Source: Epiperipatus broadwayi
Lineage: Eukaryota > Animalia > Onychophora
DNA: 64,000 nt
NCBI GenBank assembly: GCA_028023455.1
Contig: JAQFVV010000006.1
Coordinates: 14,384,001-14,448,000 of the forward strand
Direction of reading: 5' to 3'
Positions 38,997 to 52,904 of the stretch are shown here, piece after piece. Below the pieces are notes generated by a model. The model saw only the letters and a list, made by a program, of their open reading frames with translations. It made no database searches and had not been told where the DNA came from. Both the position numbers and the translations under genes were made by a program. The stretch's first letter is position 1. Every line of letters starts with the position of its first letter.

Positions 38997-41900
38997 ATAT
39001 TCTGCAAAGCTTGTTTGCAAGCTCTATATATATAACATTTGTATATATATTTATTTTATTGCAAAATCACAGAGAAATAGAATGCATTGCAGAGATTAAA
39101 TACTTGAAAATAAATCTATGAATATTCTATAATATTTAATTCAGCAGTTTTTTAATTAATAAAAAGAAAAACATGTCTTTGGCATATGTGTCTATTCAAA
39201 TTTTGGTTTTTGATTATTGTAATAGGTATTTAATCCAGTGATATGGCAGTGCTATTTCTCTTGTTATTGTTAATAAGAATGCCAATTTTTCCTTATTTTT
39301 ATATATATTTTGCATGTTAGTTTGTTAAAGGCAGTCAGTTAAATATATGCATTCATTATTATAAACATCCATGTTCTACACACAGCAACAGGAAATAATA
39401 ACAGAATAAAAATACAATTTTCCCACAGAAGGATTCAAACATAGTTCTGTAAGAATAGCTTTCTTACTAAGGAGGTGGGACCTGGAGTAGATAGCCTTTA
39501 GTTTATACGTGAAGAAAGCTATCTTTACTTGACAAGACTATGCGAAAGTTTCGGGTACATAATGAATCTAGAAATTAACCTTTATCACTAAACGAATTAA
39601 TTGAAATTTCTATATAAGTAAAATATTAATTGGTTTGATTAACATCATTTTTTCATCCTTGGGTAATATTTTTAATTAAGAGATGAGGCAATCTACCATT
39701 ATTAAGTTAGGCTTATCACCGTGTAGTTCATATTATTATTATAATCTAATCATTATACCCCATTACATTTATTAAACCATTGTGTGATCATATTTGAATG
39801 TAAAAAAAGACATGGCTTTACTGTGCAGGAGTTCATAAGAAGTTAGAATGCCAAAATCGATCCTGGAATTGCCTGATCTCAAATCGCTCTACCAGCTGCG
39901 GCAAAACCATACAGGGCGTATGTCACTGTAATGTTGTAACACTCCCTGTTGCATTTGATTGTGCACGATCATCGTCAGATTACGCTCGGTCATTTATCTC
40001 GTGCCTTCCGCATGTTAAATCACTCAGAATGATATGTTAGCCTGAAAAGTTGTGTTATTTAAACGACAGATAAATTATTTAAAAATAATTTTTTATTTTG
40101 ATATTTTAACTTTTTTATTATAACTAAATGAAGTCTATTGTAAAAGCAACATCTCTTATATTTCAAAAGTGGGAAAAATAACTTATGTCCAGAAGAAGAA
40201 AGTCTCCATATTAAAATGTAACAAGATGCGGGCATTTATGCACTATTCTGTGATGGAAAGAAACAAAAAGATATATGTAATAGAATGATCACAATAATAC
40301 TGTCAAAAAACTTTTTAATAGGTCATTTAATGTTATATAGAAAAACTCTTAAATGTTATTAAATTCCAAAATGTTTACAATGTTGTTTTAAGGTGTCAGC
40401 AAATGTTAATCAAAACATAATAATAGATTTAAAAATCGGAAATAAAATTACAACAGTTTTTCAAAGCTTTTCAGAAAAACAAACATAAAAGGAACAGACA
40501 TACGTATAATTTAGTTGGTTACATTGAAAAAAATTATCGAAGAAATAAACCTTATTTATAAATAACATTTGTAAATGCTTTCAGTAAGGCCAAAATCATC
40601 CAGTTAAAGTACTTTGGTGAAATTGAATAACTTTTGAAGAAGACATTTGACTTTGAAGGAATAAAGGAAATGATTTTTTTTTCTTAGTTTAAGGAGTTTT
40701 TAATCTGCCCTCCCAAACATTTAGACAAATTGGAAAAACTTGATCTGAAAAATACATTTGATTTTGTAATTCATACCCATGTCAGTGGAAAACAGATAAA
40801 ATTCCAGCGAAGATTGTAACTTTAAACAAACAAAAAGTTTATATCTCGTAAGGATCAAAATAGCAGGGGAATCATCTATACCTCAGCGAATTTAACTTAC
40901 AAACATTTTCAGAAGTCTCAAATAGTGTTATAGCAATCTTTGAACTAGATGGTTTGATTTTTCTAGAAGGCAACGGAATATCAAGATCGAACAGCTTAAT
41001 TCCAGCAAAAATTGAATCATGGAAAAACAGTTGATGATTTGCCATACATATTTTAATGTTAAATTCGCTGACACTATGCATATTAGAGAATACAGAGTGA
41101 ATGTTTTGAGATGTTATAGACCTGACTATCTCATCTTAATGCCCATTAAATATTTTGTGGCCTTTTGACAAGATAAGTTATCTATGCCTGATGTTAAAGA
41201 CTCCATCATGATGGTGCAGAAAACTGATAAATTTATAGTCAAGTTTAATTCGGGAGATTTCTCTTGATGAATTTTCCATTTCAGCATATGACATCATGTT
41301 TGCCTAATTTCGAAAAATCCATCATGGATACCCACAGAAAAATTGATAAAGATGTTTTTCATGCAACAATTTTTAGACGTTCTCAGCCCAAAGGCAATAT
41401 CGTATTACAACCAAGTTATATGTATTGGCACTGACTTCCTTTTAACCAATTATATTAGCTCATTATTAAAGCTGTATCATAAACTTTAGTGAACCTTTAA
41501 CGTAAGTTCTAGATTTTTTGTTGTAAATATATGATTATCTCCCAAATATCAAATATTTACTAAATTTTTTCAAGGCTTCCATTCGGAAGTAGCTTAGTTG
41601 TAATGGGCCCAAATTATTTAATGTGTAAATAAAAGAATATTCTTTGAATTTAACCAATACCTCCTACTAAATAATATTTTGTGTTTTGATTTATTTATTT
41701 TTATATATTATGTTTTATATTTTATCTTAAAATTTTTCTTGTGTGTTTATATTAGTGAATTATTTATTTCTTATTTACAGAATAAATAAATAATTATTAC
41801 ACTTTTATTTTAGAATAAGTATAGTATAGTAGTATTTAGTCAGTTTGTGTGTTGTTTGGGCACCAAAGAGATGAGCTGAATACAATAGTTTTTTGAGTCT

Positions 41901-42030
41901 GCCCATTATCACTGCTAAATGACACATGGTGAATTGATAAACTGTTTTTCATTACGCTTCTGGCTTATTTATTATAGCTCATCTAAATTTGTAAAGAATA
42001 TTTAAAATAACTTGACAATATCTTTTATAG

Positions 42031-42087
42031 GATATCGATGATAGCAAAAATGACGATGAAGTTACCGACAAGGAGGACGACAGCTGA
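42031..42087 (+). CDS. GPN3: GPN3 exon 8 (terminal)
   Basis: ttttatag acceptor, DIDDSKNDDEVTDKEDDS-stop, an acidic tail; total CDS 846 nt. Confidence 0.85.
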   Translation, partial: DIDDSKNDDEVTDKEDDS

Positions 42088-42439
42088 TAAATCGTTTCTG
42101 GTAATTATTCATACATATAACAGTTACAAATTTTAGAATTTAAACTATCAAAATGTAATTGAGAATTTAACTCTCTTAAATGTGTGATAGCTTTTTTATA
42201 TATAAAATATTTCCTATTTACAAATTATTCGTAAACTTATCAGTAAGGTTTAGTGCAGTGGTCAAATGAAGATTGGTCCCAAATCGTGGAACTCTTTATA
42301 TAACTTGATTTTTTATATAAGCCAATTTGTCTCAGTGCAGTGGTCAAATGAAGATGGAACTCTTTATATAACTTGGATTTTTATGCAAGTCAATTTGTCT
42401 CCACTAATAAGCTTCTTCAGATGGTTTAATTGTATGGAA

Positions 42440-42800
42440 ACTGAATCTTCTTTAAATTGTGAAAATTTATCATTACTTGCAATAAAGACACTTTCTTCAG
42501 GTATTTGGATAAGTTTAGTGGAGCACATTTCTGGTTCTATAGGATGTCTTTCCATATAGTTTTTTTTATTTTGTTGCGGCACCTTCATAGTTGTTATAGG
42601 CATTTTCTTGAACCTTTTATGACTTCCTGAGTAATAAACTATTCAGTTTTTTTTCCTATAGCCACTTTCATTATTGCCATTTCTTTCACAATTGATACTG
42701 CAAAAGTAGGTCCACCCATACAGTGAAGATAAACTTTGTCCCTCTTCATATTTATGTAATCATTCTTGGATTTTCAACTTTATATAAATTAAAGGAGTAT
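42440..42800 (-). mobile_element. Possible pogo/Tigger-like transposase remnant
   Basis: KYEEGQSLSSL-like N-terminal HTH string followed by a broken frame; the resemblance is weak. Confidence 0.3.
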
Positions 42801-43559
42801 GTATACATAATGGTTCACTTCTTTTCTTCAAATACATATTTATTATCAGGGAGGATGCAGAATATTCATCAGCAGCCATTTGTAAATGACTAAACCTTTC
42901 AGACTTCGGAAAGTAACAAAAAATTAAAATTGAGTTTTGCAGAGACCATATGAACCTTCAACCTAGAAATATGTTGCAAGTTGGTCCTTCAGACATTACG
43001 AGGATAATACATATTCATAGTTAAATTTGTAAATTAAATACTATTTTCAATTAACAAAATTTCAGAACTCTTTGAAATTTGTATCTAAGAATCTTCCAAT
43101 AGCAATAAAAGTCAATACTTCTTTAGGACTGACTGGCAGATCGAGAAAATTATATTAAATTACAAATATATTATATGCTCCTAATTTATCAGCAAATATA
43201 ATATGTGTAGGCAGAACATTTATGATTTTCAAAACCACGGTACTGCTGTTAAAAACCAAAAAAGATAATATCAGAAGTCAAAAAATCGTTACACGGAATT
43301 AAACAAAAATTTAAAATTATGACTATGCAGAATATAAAAAGTGAAAGAAAATCAGAATTTAATCAAAATGATAATACATTTCGGGGAAGGCGAATCTTTT
43401 TTTTATCGCCATGCCAAAAATTTAAAAACCATATTTCTTAACTGCTGTCTAGTTTATTAATATGAAAAGACAAGCTTTTAATATATTAGTATTAATTAAA
43501 CTGATTTTTATTGTGATATTAGAAGAAAATTAATGTAGATATAATAATGTTTCAGCACT

Positions 43560-44140
43560 AAACATCACATGATCACCATTCTTTATACTTACACAAGCTG
43601 TTTTCATAGAGGCAAAATTTTCCATACAGTAGCGCCACTCAGTGCTTATCCACAAACCTTCCTGCATCCATTGCTACTATATGGAGAGTTTTGCCTCTGT
43701 GAAAACAGCTTGTGTAATCATAAAGAATGGTGATCATGTGATGTTTAGTGGTTTAATACCAATCCTGCCCTATAGGGCTACGGTGACTGTAGTTAAGGAA
43801 GCAAAGTCACCAAAAAGTATGGATGCTGAACTGAGTTCAGATCTATACAACTGTGCTTGAATTGAAAACATTATTGTGTTTTCATTTTGTACTCAAAGCT
43901 TTATAGTTAGCTAATAAGGTAAAGGTGGCTGCTGGAGGGTTGCATTAGATCTTAAGATCTAGGTGCGGTGCTTTCAGATCCAAGACTCCTCACTGATGAA
44001 AGCCACAAGCTAGAAACTAGTCTGGGGATATTGGATGAGTAAGCACTAGATAAAGATTTTATGCCCAAACCTTCCTGCATCCAGTGATTACTCTGGCGTG
44101 CATTGAGGGGCGCAACTGTATAGAGTTTTGCCTCTGTGAA
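43560..44140 (+). mobile_element. Family A element: fold-back tail plus one full ~437-bp unit with intact hammerhead
   Basis: Hairpin arms 43560-43632 and 43673-43744; gagttttgcctctgtgaa at 43686 and 44123; hammerhead cctca-CTGATGA-aagccacaagcta-GAAA-CTAG-TC-tgggg at 43988-44027. Confidence 0.85.
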
Positions 44141-44819
44141 ATAATCTATTTCATGTAAAATGAGCAATAATATATGCAATATCAGCTCTATTGATGTGAT
44201 TTTTGCTGTTTCGATGTCCAATATTTTATATCAGGCTCACATTTAGTCACTTAGGGTAAAATATATGCTGAACTAGGTTTATCCATCGAAACATTAGAAG
44301 GAACCGTAGGAAATATCAAATAATTACTTTTTAGAATCAATATAATTGTAATAGAAATATAATTATCTTATTAAATACAGTAGACAGCATTCTTATCAGT
44401 TTGATTTGATAAAGAATACTGGAAGATGAATAAAATTAAAACTGATGATTTATCACATGAAATTTCTATGATCATATGTATTGATTTACAGAAAGGGGAG
44501 TTCAAATTAGTGGTAGAATCAGCCAATGGTAGTATATAGTTTTCAAAACAACTATTTATGTTAGCATATATGTTTTGAAGCAAGATGGTTCATATTTCAA
44601 AAATGATTAACAAAAAATTCAAAAAATATTACATCACATTTAAAATATAGACCATTCACATGCTGGCAAAATTATTTTGCTTGCTATGTGAGTGGAGTGG
44701 GAGGGAGATAATTATAAAATATCTGTCCAGGGAAAATCAGTTAAGATTACCTTATCCATCTAGAGATGAACCATAAACTATTATGTTCATTAATAATAGT
44801 TTATTGTATTGTTTATTGA

Positions 44820-45075
44820 TTACTGAAAGGATTAAAAAACTGAAGTGGAATTGGGCTGAACTTATTTCTAGAAGAGTTGATATTAGATGGATAGTTGATA
44901 TCTTAAACTGGATTCTAAGAGATTGTAAAAGACCTAGAATAAGATTCCATGTGATATGGATGAATGAAATAAGAAAGTGTGTTGAGGTGACATGGGGAAG
45001 AGAGGCTAGAGATCAGAGAGGATGGATTGAACTTTGAGAGATTTTCATCCATCCTGCAGTGGATCGATAATGATG
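44820..45075 (+). mobile_element. RTE LINE 3' end fragment
   Basis: IKKLKWNWAELISRR..LNWILRDCKRPR, followed by catcctgcagtggatcgataatgatgat tail. Confidence 0.85.
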
Positions 45076-45200
45076 ATATTGGGTGTGAATTTAATAAGAA
45101 CTGAATCTCATGGCAGCATTACATATTTTTCAAAAATTATTGATGATTTTACTAGATAAAGTTATATACAACACACAAATAGACAATACAGGTTAGTAAT

Positions 45201-45245
45201 TACACAACGTTTCGAGTAGTATTCTCCACTCTTCTTCAGTGTTTT
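45201..45245 (-). ncRNA. Hammerhead-like motif (PLE pLTR type)
   Basis: CTGAAGA-a-gagtgg-agaata-ctactc-GAAACGTT; helix II is good but helix I is unclear. Confidence 0.45.
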
Positions 45246-45277
45246 TGGCCTATATGCACAGTGACAATATTCGCTTA

Positions 45278-45350
45278 GAAGTTGAACTCGCACCTTTAGA
45301 TTCTTGAATATCGAATTTTAAGGCAAACGCTCTACCAACTGAGCTATGTC
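45278..45350 (-). repeat. tRNA-derived SINE head or tRNA pseudogene
   Basis: A box TAGCTCAGTTGGTAGAGC and B-box-like GAGTTCAA; no complete cloverleaf. Confidence 0.55.
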
Positions 45351-48300
45351 AAAGTTATATATATTTTCTAAAAAGGATGGATAAAATTTTTCAGAAATTC
45401 TTAAGAATAGATAAGTAATCTGAATGCCATAATAACCAATTCAATTTATCCTAAAAATGAAGTGCATAAGAAAGAAACTTTTAAATTGTTTACATCTCAG
45501 AGAACTTTTGCAGACAAAAATAAAATGTTTTATGGAATCGTGTCTTTGATTTTAAGCCAATTTTCAAGAATAGAAATGACCTTTGCAACTAAACTTCATT
45601 AAGAATTATAAACAGCAAAACATTTTTTAAAATTAGATTGGATTAGGTCCTTCAGTGAAAAATTGATATTTTTGTCATCTAAACTTACATTTTAAAATAA
45701 AAATTCCAGATGCATATTACCAGAAATATTTATCATATATTTAGATCTTATTAGAGTTTAAAATGTGAATACCATGTTTAAACAGAAATGGCAAAACGAA
45801 TAGAATTTGACGTAACAAAGGATTTAATAACTAAATAAATTGTATGATCATAATGTTCGAACAATAAAATGGTAAATAGGGTTACATAACAGTTTCCCCA
45901 AATTTACAACAAACATATCTTTTTTTGTCTAGATGTGGTATTGAAAAAAATAATAGTGTATTCTAAATTACAATAATGATGGAATTGGAACTAAAGTTGC
46001 AAGATCAGTTTGTTGAGTATTGTAAATAAAAAACGCCGCTTTGGTTTAACAAAATTATACTGTTGCTCAAATTTTCACTAAACTTGAGCATCTAACACAT
46101 ATAAAAAAATAGAATAGACATTCATATGACCTCCATCAGAATCTACAAAATATTCAACAAGATATAATATAGAAATGTTTAAAGATGGTTGCATATTAAC
46201 AAGCTATGATATGATGATTGAATATAACAATTTCCAGAAATATCTCAAATGATCAGAAATAATATACGAGAAGAGATAATTCAGTAAACAGAAATCCCAG
46301 TTGACGCAAATAAAGTTAGCCCTGTTATTGATTCAGAAATAATAGTTCTTGGAAGAAAATTATTAATCAATTAACAGAATTTAATGTGAAACCATAAAGA
46401 GGACGAAAATGACTCCTTTAGAAATAAATTTGATATAAAGTGAAATCAGAGTGTAAATTAGAAAATATAGAATCGAGAATAAATAATATCTGCTGGGAAT
46501 CACCAGACTAGCACATAAATCATATAAAAGTTTAATGATAAGGATGTTCAAATAAAAAAATTACAAAGCAAGGTTTTCAAGATGTGTAACATCCTTTTAA
46601 AAAAAAGAACTTTGGGGAAAAGTTATTACTAAAGTAAAAACAATTGCAGAATACTAAAATACCCCCCCCCCCCAAAAGCAAACATGGATTTCAAAATCAG
46701 TTTGAAAAATACGGAAGAGTTAGAAAATAATAAAAGGAAAATAAAGCCAATTTGGGTTTTAGGATATAACCTCTGAAAGAGAGGTTAAATTATGCAACAT
46801 TATGTAAAGATAATAGTGAACACACACACACACACACAAAACGAGCTTGAAAATACATTGTCATTAAAAACCAATTTCTTATATATATATATATATTGTA
46901 AAAAGGATTCAGAAAATATACTTAGAAGAGCATTGTAAAAAAACTACAAATGGATACTTTGTTATTTAGTTCCTCTAACAGTTGTAAGAGGAAAATAAGC
47001 AAAAGGTTATTAAAGTGATCATGATTTTTCAATAGCAATGTTTATCGAAGAAACCAAAAAAAAAATTAATTTTTATTTGTTGAGGCAGAGTATACGAATC
47101 ACAGAAATAGCCTGTTTATGAGAAGTATGATGTTTATTTTAAAAAAATTATGATATCACTTCTCTAAATTTGCTATATAAATGACTGCATTGCTACTTTC
47201 TAATGTCCTTTACCGATAGAGGAAAAAAAATCATAATTGTACATAGTAGTTAAAGAATATTAATAAATTTTCACTTTTAAATAATTGTAACTTGTAATAT
47301 TTGAGCACCAGAAGTCAAGATTGAGTTTTGATTCATGAAACCTTTACCTATTCAATTCCGTCACACTGTGTTAAACTGCACAGGCAGAGTTTTACTCTAA
47401 TCACATGACTAAAAATGCTAATAGTATTTTAGAATGTAAACTGCTCAACTGCAAGATCATATTCCAGATCAATTGCATAAAGGCTCAATGAAATCTTTTC
47501 TTGTTTAACAGCCAAAGTTTCAGAAATAGAAATTGCTTTTTCTGAATTTGTCTGTAAAATTCGAATCCTTATGAATTCTATTATGAAGTGGTTATCTAGA
47601 AAAGTTAAGTAATGCATTTGCGTTGATGGCAGTTTTATTTTAAAATATTATTATAATGTTTCAACTGTGATTATGTTAGTCGTTTTCTGTAGTAACGTAC
47701 AAATGTGATCATTATGAATGAATTAATAAATCAGATCATCATCCCTAAGTCTTATACTTTTGTCTAAAATAATAGCAGATTCTATGGCTTGGCTAATGTA
47801 AACCCCAGTGGATGAAAATACTTAATTCTGTCTCGTTAAAACTTCATAATAAAAAATGGTTGAGATTTAACTGATAGAGTCCTGTCATTATTATTATTAA
47901 TAGCCGTCAAAGTTATTTTGCTACTAAAGATTCTGTGAATTCAAATGTTTGGCTTAACATGATTCACCTCTATATTATGCGATTACAATTTCATATATTT
48001 AGGATAGCATAATTCAATCTTAGAAGAAATAAAATGTTAGCATTGAACATCACTAATAGATATCAAAGAATAAAGTAATTTAAAATAATGTTGATTGATG
48101 GCAATAAATTAGATGTTGTTCTTTATAAAGGATTTTTTTTTCTCGATGTCTTATTATTAATCACTATCTTGTGTAGCACCGATACAGAATGCTAATAATG
48201 GCAATAGTGATGATAGCAAAATATTTCAGTCGGCATTGGAAAAAACAGTTATAAACTATTCATATGGGGGGGGGGGGGCAAAAATAATCTGAATTTTATA

Positions 48301-48759
48301 ATAAATTGACACCTCTCTGAGGAGTGCCAAAGCACGAAACCATGGTCAGGGGTTTGGGGAGGGGTTCCTGACAGAGATATTTTAAGTGCTGGCTCTGGCT
48401 AAGCATTTATCATAAAGCTTGTAGAGGAATTGGCAATCCTCACTTTTTTTAACTTACAAGCTTAAGAGATAGGGTCATGTGATCTATGAATTGATCTATG
48501 ACTTTTATTTTGACTATTTATTTATTATGAATTTAATATCCTTCAATGTACTGTCCATTTAATACAATACACCAGTTTAATTGTCTTTCACTTTTCGAAT
48601 TAGTCTGGAAATATAAAATGAAGCCTTTTAACGCTTTTTTTTTTCATTACTTCTGAATCAGCAAAAAAAAATTGACATATTTTTTCATTCAAGAGAATAA
48701 AAAGTCACATGGTTAGAGGTCGAGCTAATACAACTAATAGATAAACCGGGTCATGTTGA

Positions 48760-49218
48760 ATTTAATTAAAAATTGTTTCACACTCAAAATTGCTCGCAGA
48801 GGAATTATTGTGGCGAAGCTTGCATTCCTCACTTTGCCACAAAATGGGATGCTTACATTTTACTGCAACATGGAAACGTTTCTGAACTTGTAAATAAAAC
48901 ATCTGACTGTTAAGAACTAATTTTGAAAGAAAAATGATTGCATCAATAAAAAGAAATAGCATTATCTTGACATTGGACTTTACTCGCCACACTTTTTTGG
49001 GACATTGTGAATTTGACAATTTCATTAAATCATTTGTAAACTTGTTTTTCCCAGAACAGCTTTCTTGTAATATGTTTCAAGCATTACAGCTGTTTTCCCT
49101 AAAAGAAAACCGAACTTCATGTTATTCCAATTTTTCAACCATTACAAAAAATTGACAAATACGCGAAACACACTTTACAAAAAAAAAAAAGTGCTAGGTG
49201 GCATGATTTCACCTGGTA
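48760..49218 (-). mobile_element. Mariner transposon remnant, internally deleted
   Basis: KKVWRVKSNVKIMLFLFIDA..FYLQVQKRF..LRHNN; N-terminal KFGFLLGKTAV; TA-ccaggtg TIR-like start. Confidence 0.75.
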
Positions 49219-49819
49219 ACGTAATTTGGCAGATTGATGCTAAAGGATCTCCGTGCAAAGAGGTATATGACAGCAGAAGCACATACGACAAGCATAGTTA
49301 CCAAAGAACAATTCCGATTATTTTTTGGACCCCTTTTGTACTGAAAATTTTGAGAAAAGACAGGACGGCGTTTTTATTTATATTTGTTTGTTGTCTTGAA
49401 TATTAAGTATCATTTATTGAGAATCACTATTGCAAAGTTCTGATGTGCAAGTATAATTTTGAAAGTCAAATAGGAAGTACAATAATAATAATCAAATGAA
49501 TAGTTGTTAAGAAGGTCGTGATGTTAAAGCGCCAAAATACAGATATAACTTTTATTCGGGTACTTTTTGTTCCAAAAAGTCTGTCACTCTTGCTATGCTA
49601 AACTCCACAACGCAGGTTTCATTACACGCAGTCAAACCATTGGTCATTAGTTGAGATTGATACTGATTACATGCTACTAATATATGTCAGTTTCAGAATT
49701 ATTTTTTTCCAAAATTTAGCACTGAATTAGTACTAGAAGATCCGTCTTAAGATTGAAAGGTGCTTCAATATTGCATTACTTTATTATTAAAATAGAAATC
49801 TTTTGAATATGTCTTTTAA

Positions 49820-50020
49820 AACAGGCAAAACTCTCCATGCAGTAGTGCCACCCTGTGCCAACCAGAGTAATCAATGGAAATGCCAGAAGGCTTCTGCCTA
49901 AAATTCCTATCTAGTGCCTACTCATCCAATATCTCCTAGACTAGTTTCTAGCTTATGGCTTTCATCAGTGAGGAGTCTTGGGATCCGAGAACACTGCATA
50001 AGAAATGATGATCATGTGAT
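49820..50020 (-). mobile_element. Family A copy with hammerhead
   Basis: Hammerhead at 49934-49973 (-), core intact, helix I partly mismatched. Confidence 0.8.
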
Positions 50021-50274
50021 GAAATATGTTTTTTGTATTTTACTTTTAGAATTATTTTCAATGAATACTTTTTTAAAAAAAAAGGCTCATTATTGTTTTT
50101 CTTTCTCAAAATCTACCCCTCATATTGATATGTGAATCATTACTATTGTAGTTAAAGGACAAGCATAATCAAAATTTAAAACAAAAGATGTAATAATGAA
50201 ACTTAAGCCATAAAATTATCAAAAAACAAAAACATTAATTCTATAGAGGGAGCTGCAAGTGATCACTAATTTAA

Positions 50275-50665
50275 TACATGTAAATGGGAAAATGTGGGTG
50301 CTTTAGTCTGCAAGTTGTGTAAGGAAGGCATAGAAAATATTAGGCATCTGTTAATTCAATGTAAATGCTTGAAAGCAGAAAGGGTACAAATAATGAAGTT
50401 ACGGAAGAATAAATATGAACAAAGTGATTATACGAAAGTGGGTTATTGGTTTTTATGCTGGGTTTGGGAAAAGATAAGGGGGATTTAGATATGACGGCCA
50501 TGGAGTTGACAAAGATTATGTTGTGGAAATAGGATGGAGCAGATTATGGCAAAACAGGGTGAGGAATGGAAAGGGAAGGTAGCATGGCTAACAGGTTTCT
50601 CTGGACATAGTTGCTGAGAGATTCCCGACTCCGTGTAAGGAGAAGTCACAGTGCATCACATCACC
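50275..50665 (+). mobile_element. Zinc-knuckle LINE 3' fragment
   Basis: CKLCKEGIENIRHLLIQC plus the family 3' UTR. Confidence 0.85.
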
Positions 50666-52818
50666 ATGGTAATCCAATTCTATAATGCTTTTAATGAAAT
50701 ATTTATGACATGAAGTTGTGCAAAATATCTGAAAATTACCTGGCACTTTCTTGTTTTGGTCTCAAGGTTAGAAAAAGAACAACAAAGCAAGGCAAATAAT
50801 TTACTTACATATGAAGTACTGTATATTGATTTTTCTTAAACTTTGATAGTGATTTTAATAGCTCATCTTCCAATAGTTTTACTTTCCCTGTATCATCTGA
50901 AGTATACACTCTTTTTAAAAGACAAGTACTAATGGGTGGGGGGGGGGGGTAGTGATGAAATTTTACGTACATAAAATGAAGTAAATATTTAATAAGTATT
51001 TTCTGACATAATTTTTGAAGTACAATGTGCAGAATCTTTAATTTGCAATGTTACAAAAATCAGATTAGATTTCTCCATAATTATGAACTTTGAATTGTCA
51101 AATTTGATATTTAAAGAATATCAAGTTTCAGCATTCTCTTATTCAACATAAATGCCATTGACACTTACAGAACTTGATTGTAGTTATTGATCATTAGTAA
51201 CGATGGAAAGTACAAATATGATTTATTTAAAATATAAAACTTAAAAGTAATAAATTAACTTAGATGATTTCTTTTTAATGCAATCATTTCTAAACGACTA
51301 CGCTATTGTACTCCCTCTAAAAGAATATGATTGGTAGCTCCACTCCTAATAGCTTTGTCTAGCTTGACATTATATAGTTCAGACTTGGAAAAAGCATAGC
51401 TACAATTATTTTCGTGAAAATCTGGTAATGACATTCAGCATCGATATATCCAGGTTAGGTTCTCATAAATATCCACATCTTAGTAACAAAGGAATCGTAA
51501 GACCCGGCTGATAAAATATTTACCAGCGATTCTAATTAGTTCTTAATATAAGATGGTAGTAGACTAGAAAATGCCTGTCTTTTAAAAACTTTGTTTTTGC
51601 TTTATATTTGTTATCGTTGTATTCTTCATGCCTGGGTTTTTGCATTGATGGATGCCTACATAAAGATATATTTATCTTTTTTTTTAAAAAAAAAAACAAC
51701 AAATAAACCTAATTTTATATTGCCTACTTATTTTTATCAACATAAACGAGATAGTATAATCTTCCGATTAAATTAGGGGTTCCCAGTCTTTTTAGTCTCT
51801 GTACCCCCTGTTCATTATAATAAGAAATAAACAGTAATTATGTTTTTAAATCTTAACCAGGCATTTTAAGTTATCGGACCCTGCAGTGAGAAAAAAGTCT
51901 ATGCAACCTCCGTGTCCGAAAAGAAATCTGAAATGTTGCCGATGTGGCTGACAGACAATACCAACATGGAATATCCCTATTTTTGGAATATATTAATAGC
52001 ATAATATATTTATTTACCTACTATTTACCATACATCCCCTGTACAAGCTTCCCGTACTCCAGGCTGAGAAGCCCAGAGTTAAATCATGTTGAATATTACA
52101 AGATTACATTAAATAGCCAAACTTCCCATAAGAATATTATCTCTCAACTTTTTGTATTGTTCCTAAAAGTTGCATTTAGTAGCAGTCCCATTGATATTCT
52201 ACCTAAAGCCATCTACATAACAAGTAATCAGGAATGCCAGATAATACCGATTATATCCAGACTAGATATTGCTAATGGGTCTTCACTGATAAGAAGCATT
52301 GGATTGCTACTATCTAGCAGCTACTTATTATTCGATTGTTATTATCCGTTACTTTTATGCAAAATAGATTACAGCTCTTACATGTAAACTAGATTAGTGA
52401 CGTTAAGCTTTATTTTAATATATATCTCAAAGTTTAAATACGAAGTTTACATAAGTTTCTATGAAATATGCTTTATAATTTTAACTACAAAGGAATGATT
52501 AAAAGTATTTGTAAGTATTTCTAGTGTTTTTTGTTTTTTTTGCATCGTACATTGTAATTATAAAATAAATAATACTTAATGATATCCTTTTTTTTCCCCC
52601 CAGGATGTGCTATTGTGGTGATTTCCGAGAATTGTGTACATAAATTATTAATAAAGGTTTTCTTTTGTATGTAATTTAAAATTTTGTATTTATATTTGTA
52701 TGTTGTGCTTTTAAAAAAAAATAAATATCACCGTAAAAAATAAAAAAAAATTTATTCTATAATTTGTACAAAATAGATGTATATAATACATATTTCCCAT
52801 GTTAATAGAAAACCAAAT

Positions 52819-52904
52819 TTAACCATTCTGCTCAGATTGTGTCTTGGCTTTTTCTTGTAATAAATATCTTTTAAAAGATTCATATTCTTTCTTTTCTTCT
52901 TCAT
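52819..52904 (-). CDS. GPN1: GPN-loop GTPase 1, terminal exon
   Basis: (D)EEEKKEYESFKRYLLQEKAKTQSEQNG-stop; tttgtag acceptor; AATAAA at 52751-52756 (-). Confidence 0.8.

Noticed and set aside
44442-44462. CTGATGA..GAAA hammerhead-like string
   Set aside because: No helix II, helix III or helix I pairing.
45278-45350. Functional tRNA gene
   Set aside because: The anticodon arm and acceptor stem cannot be formed; better explained as a SINE head.
51944-52387. 147-aa + strand ORF
   Set aside because: GTG start, no splice context, no recognisable domain, and it overlaps decayed repeat sequence.
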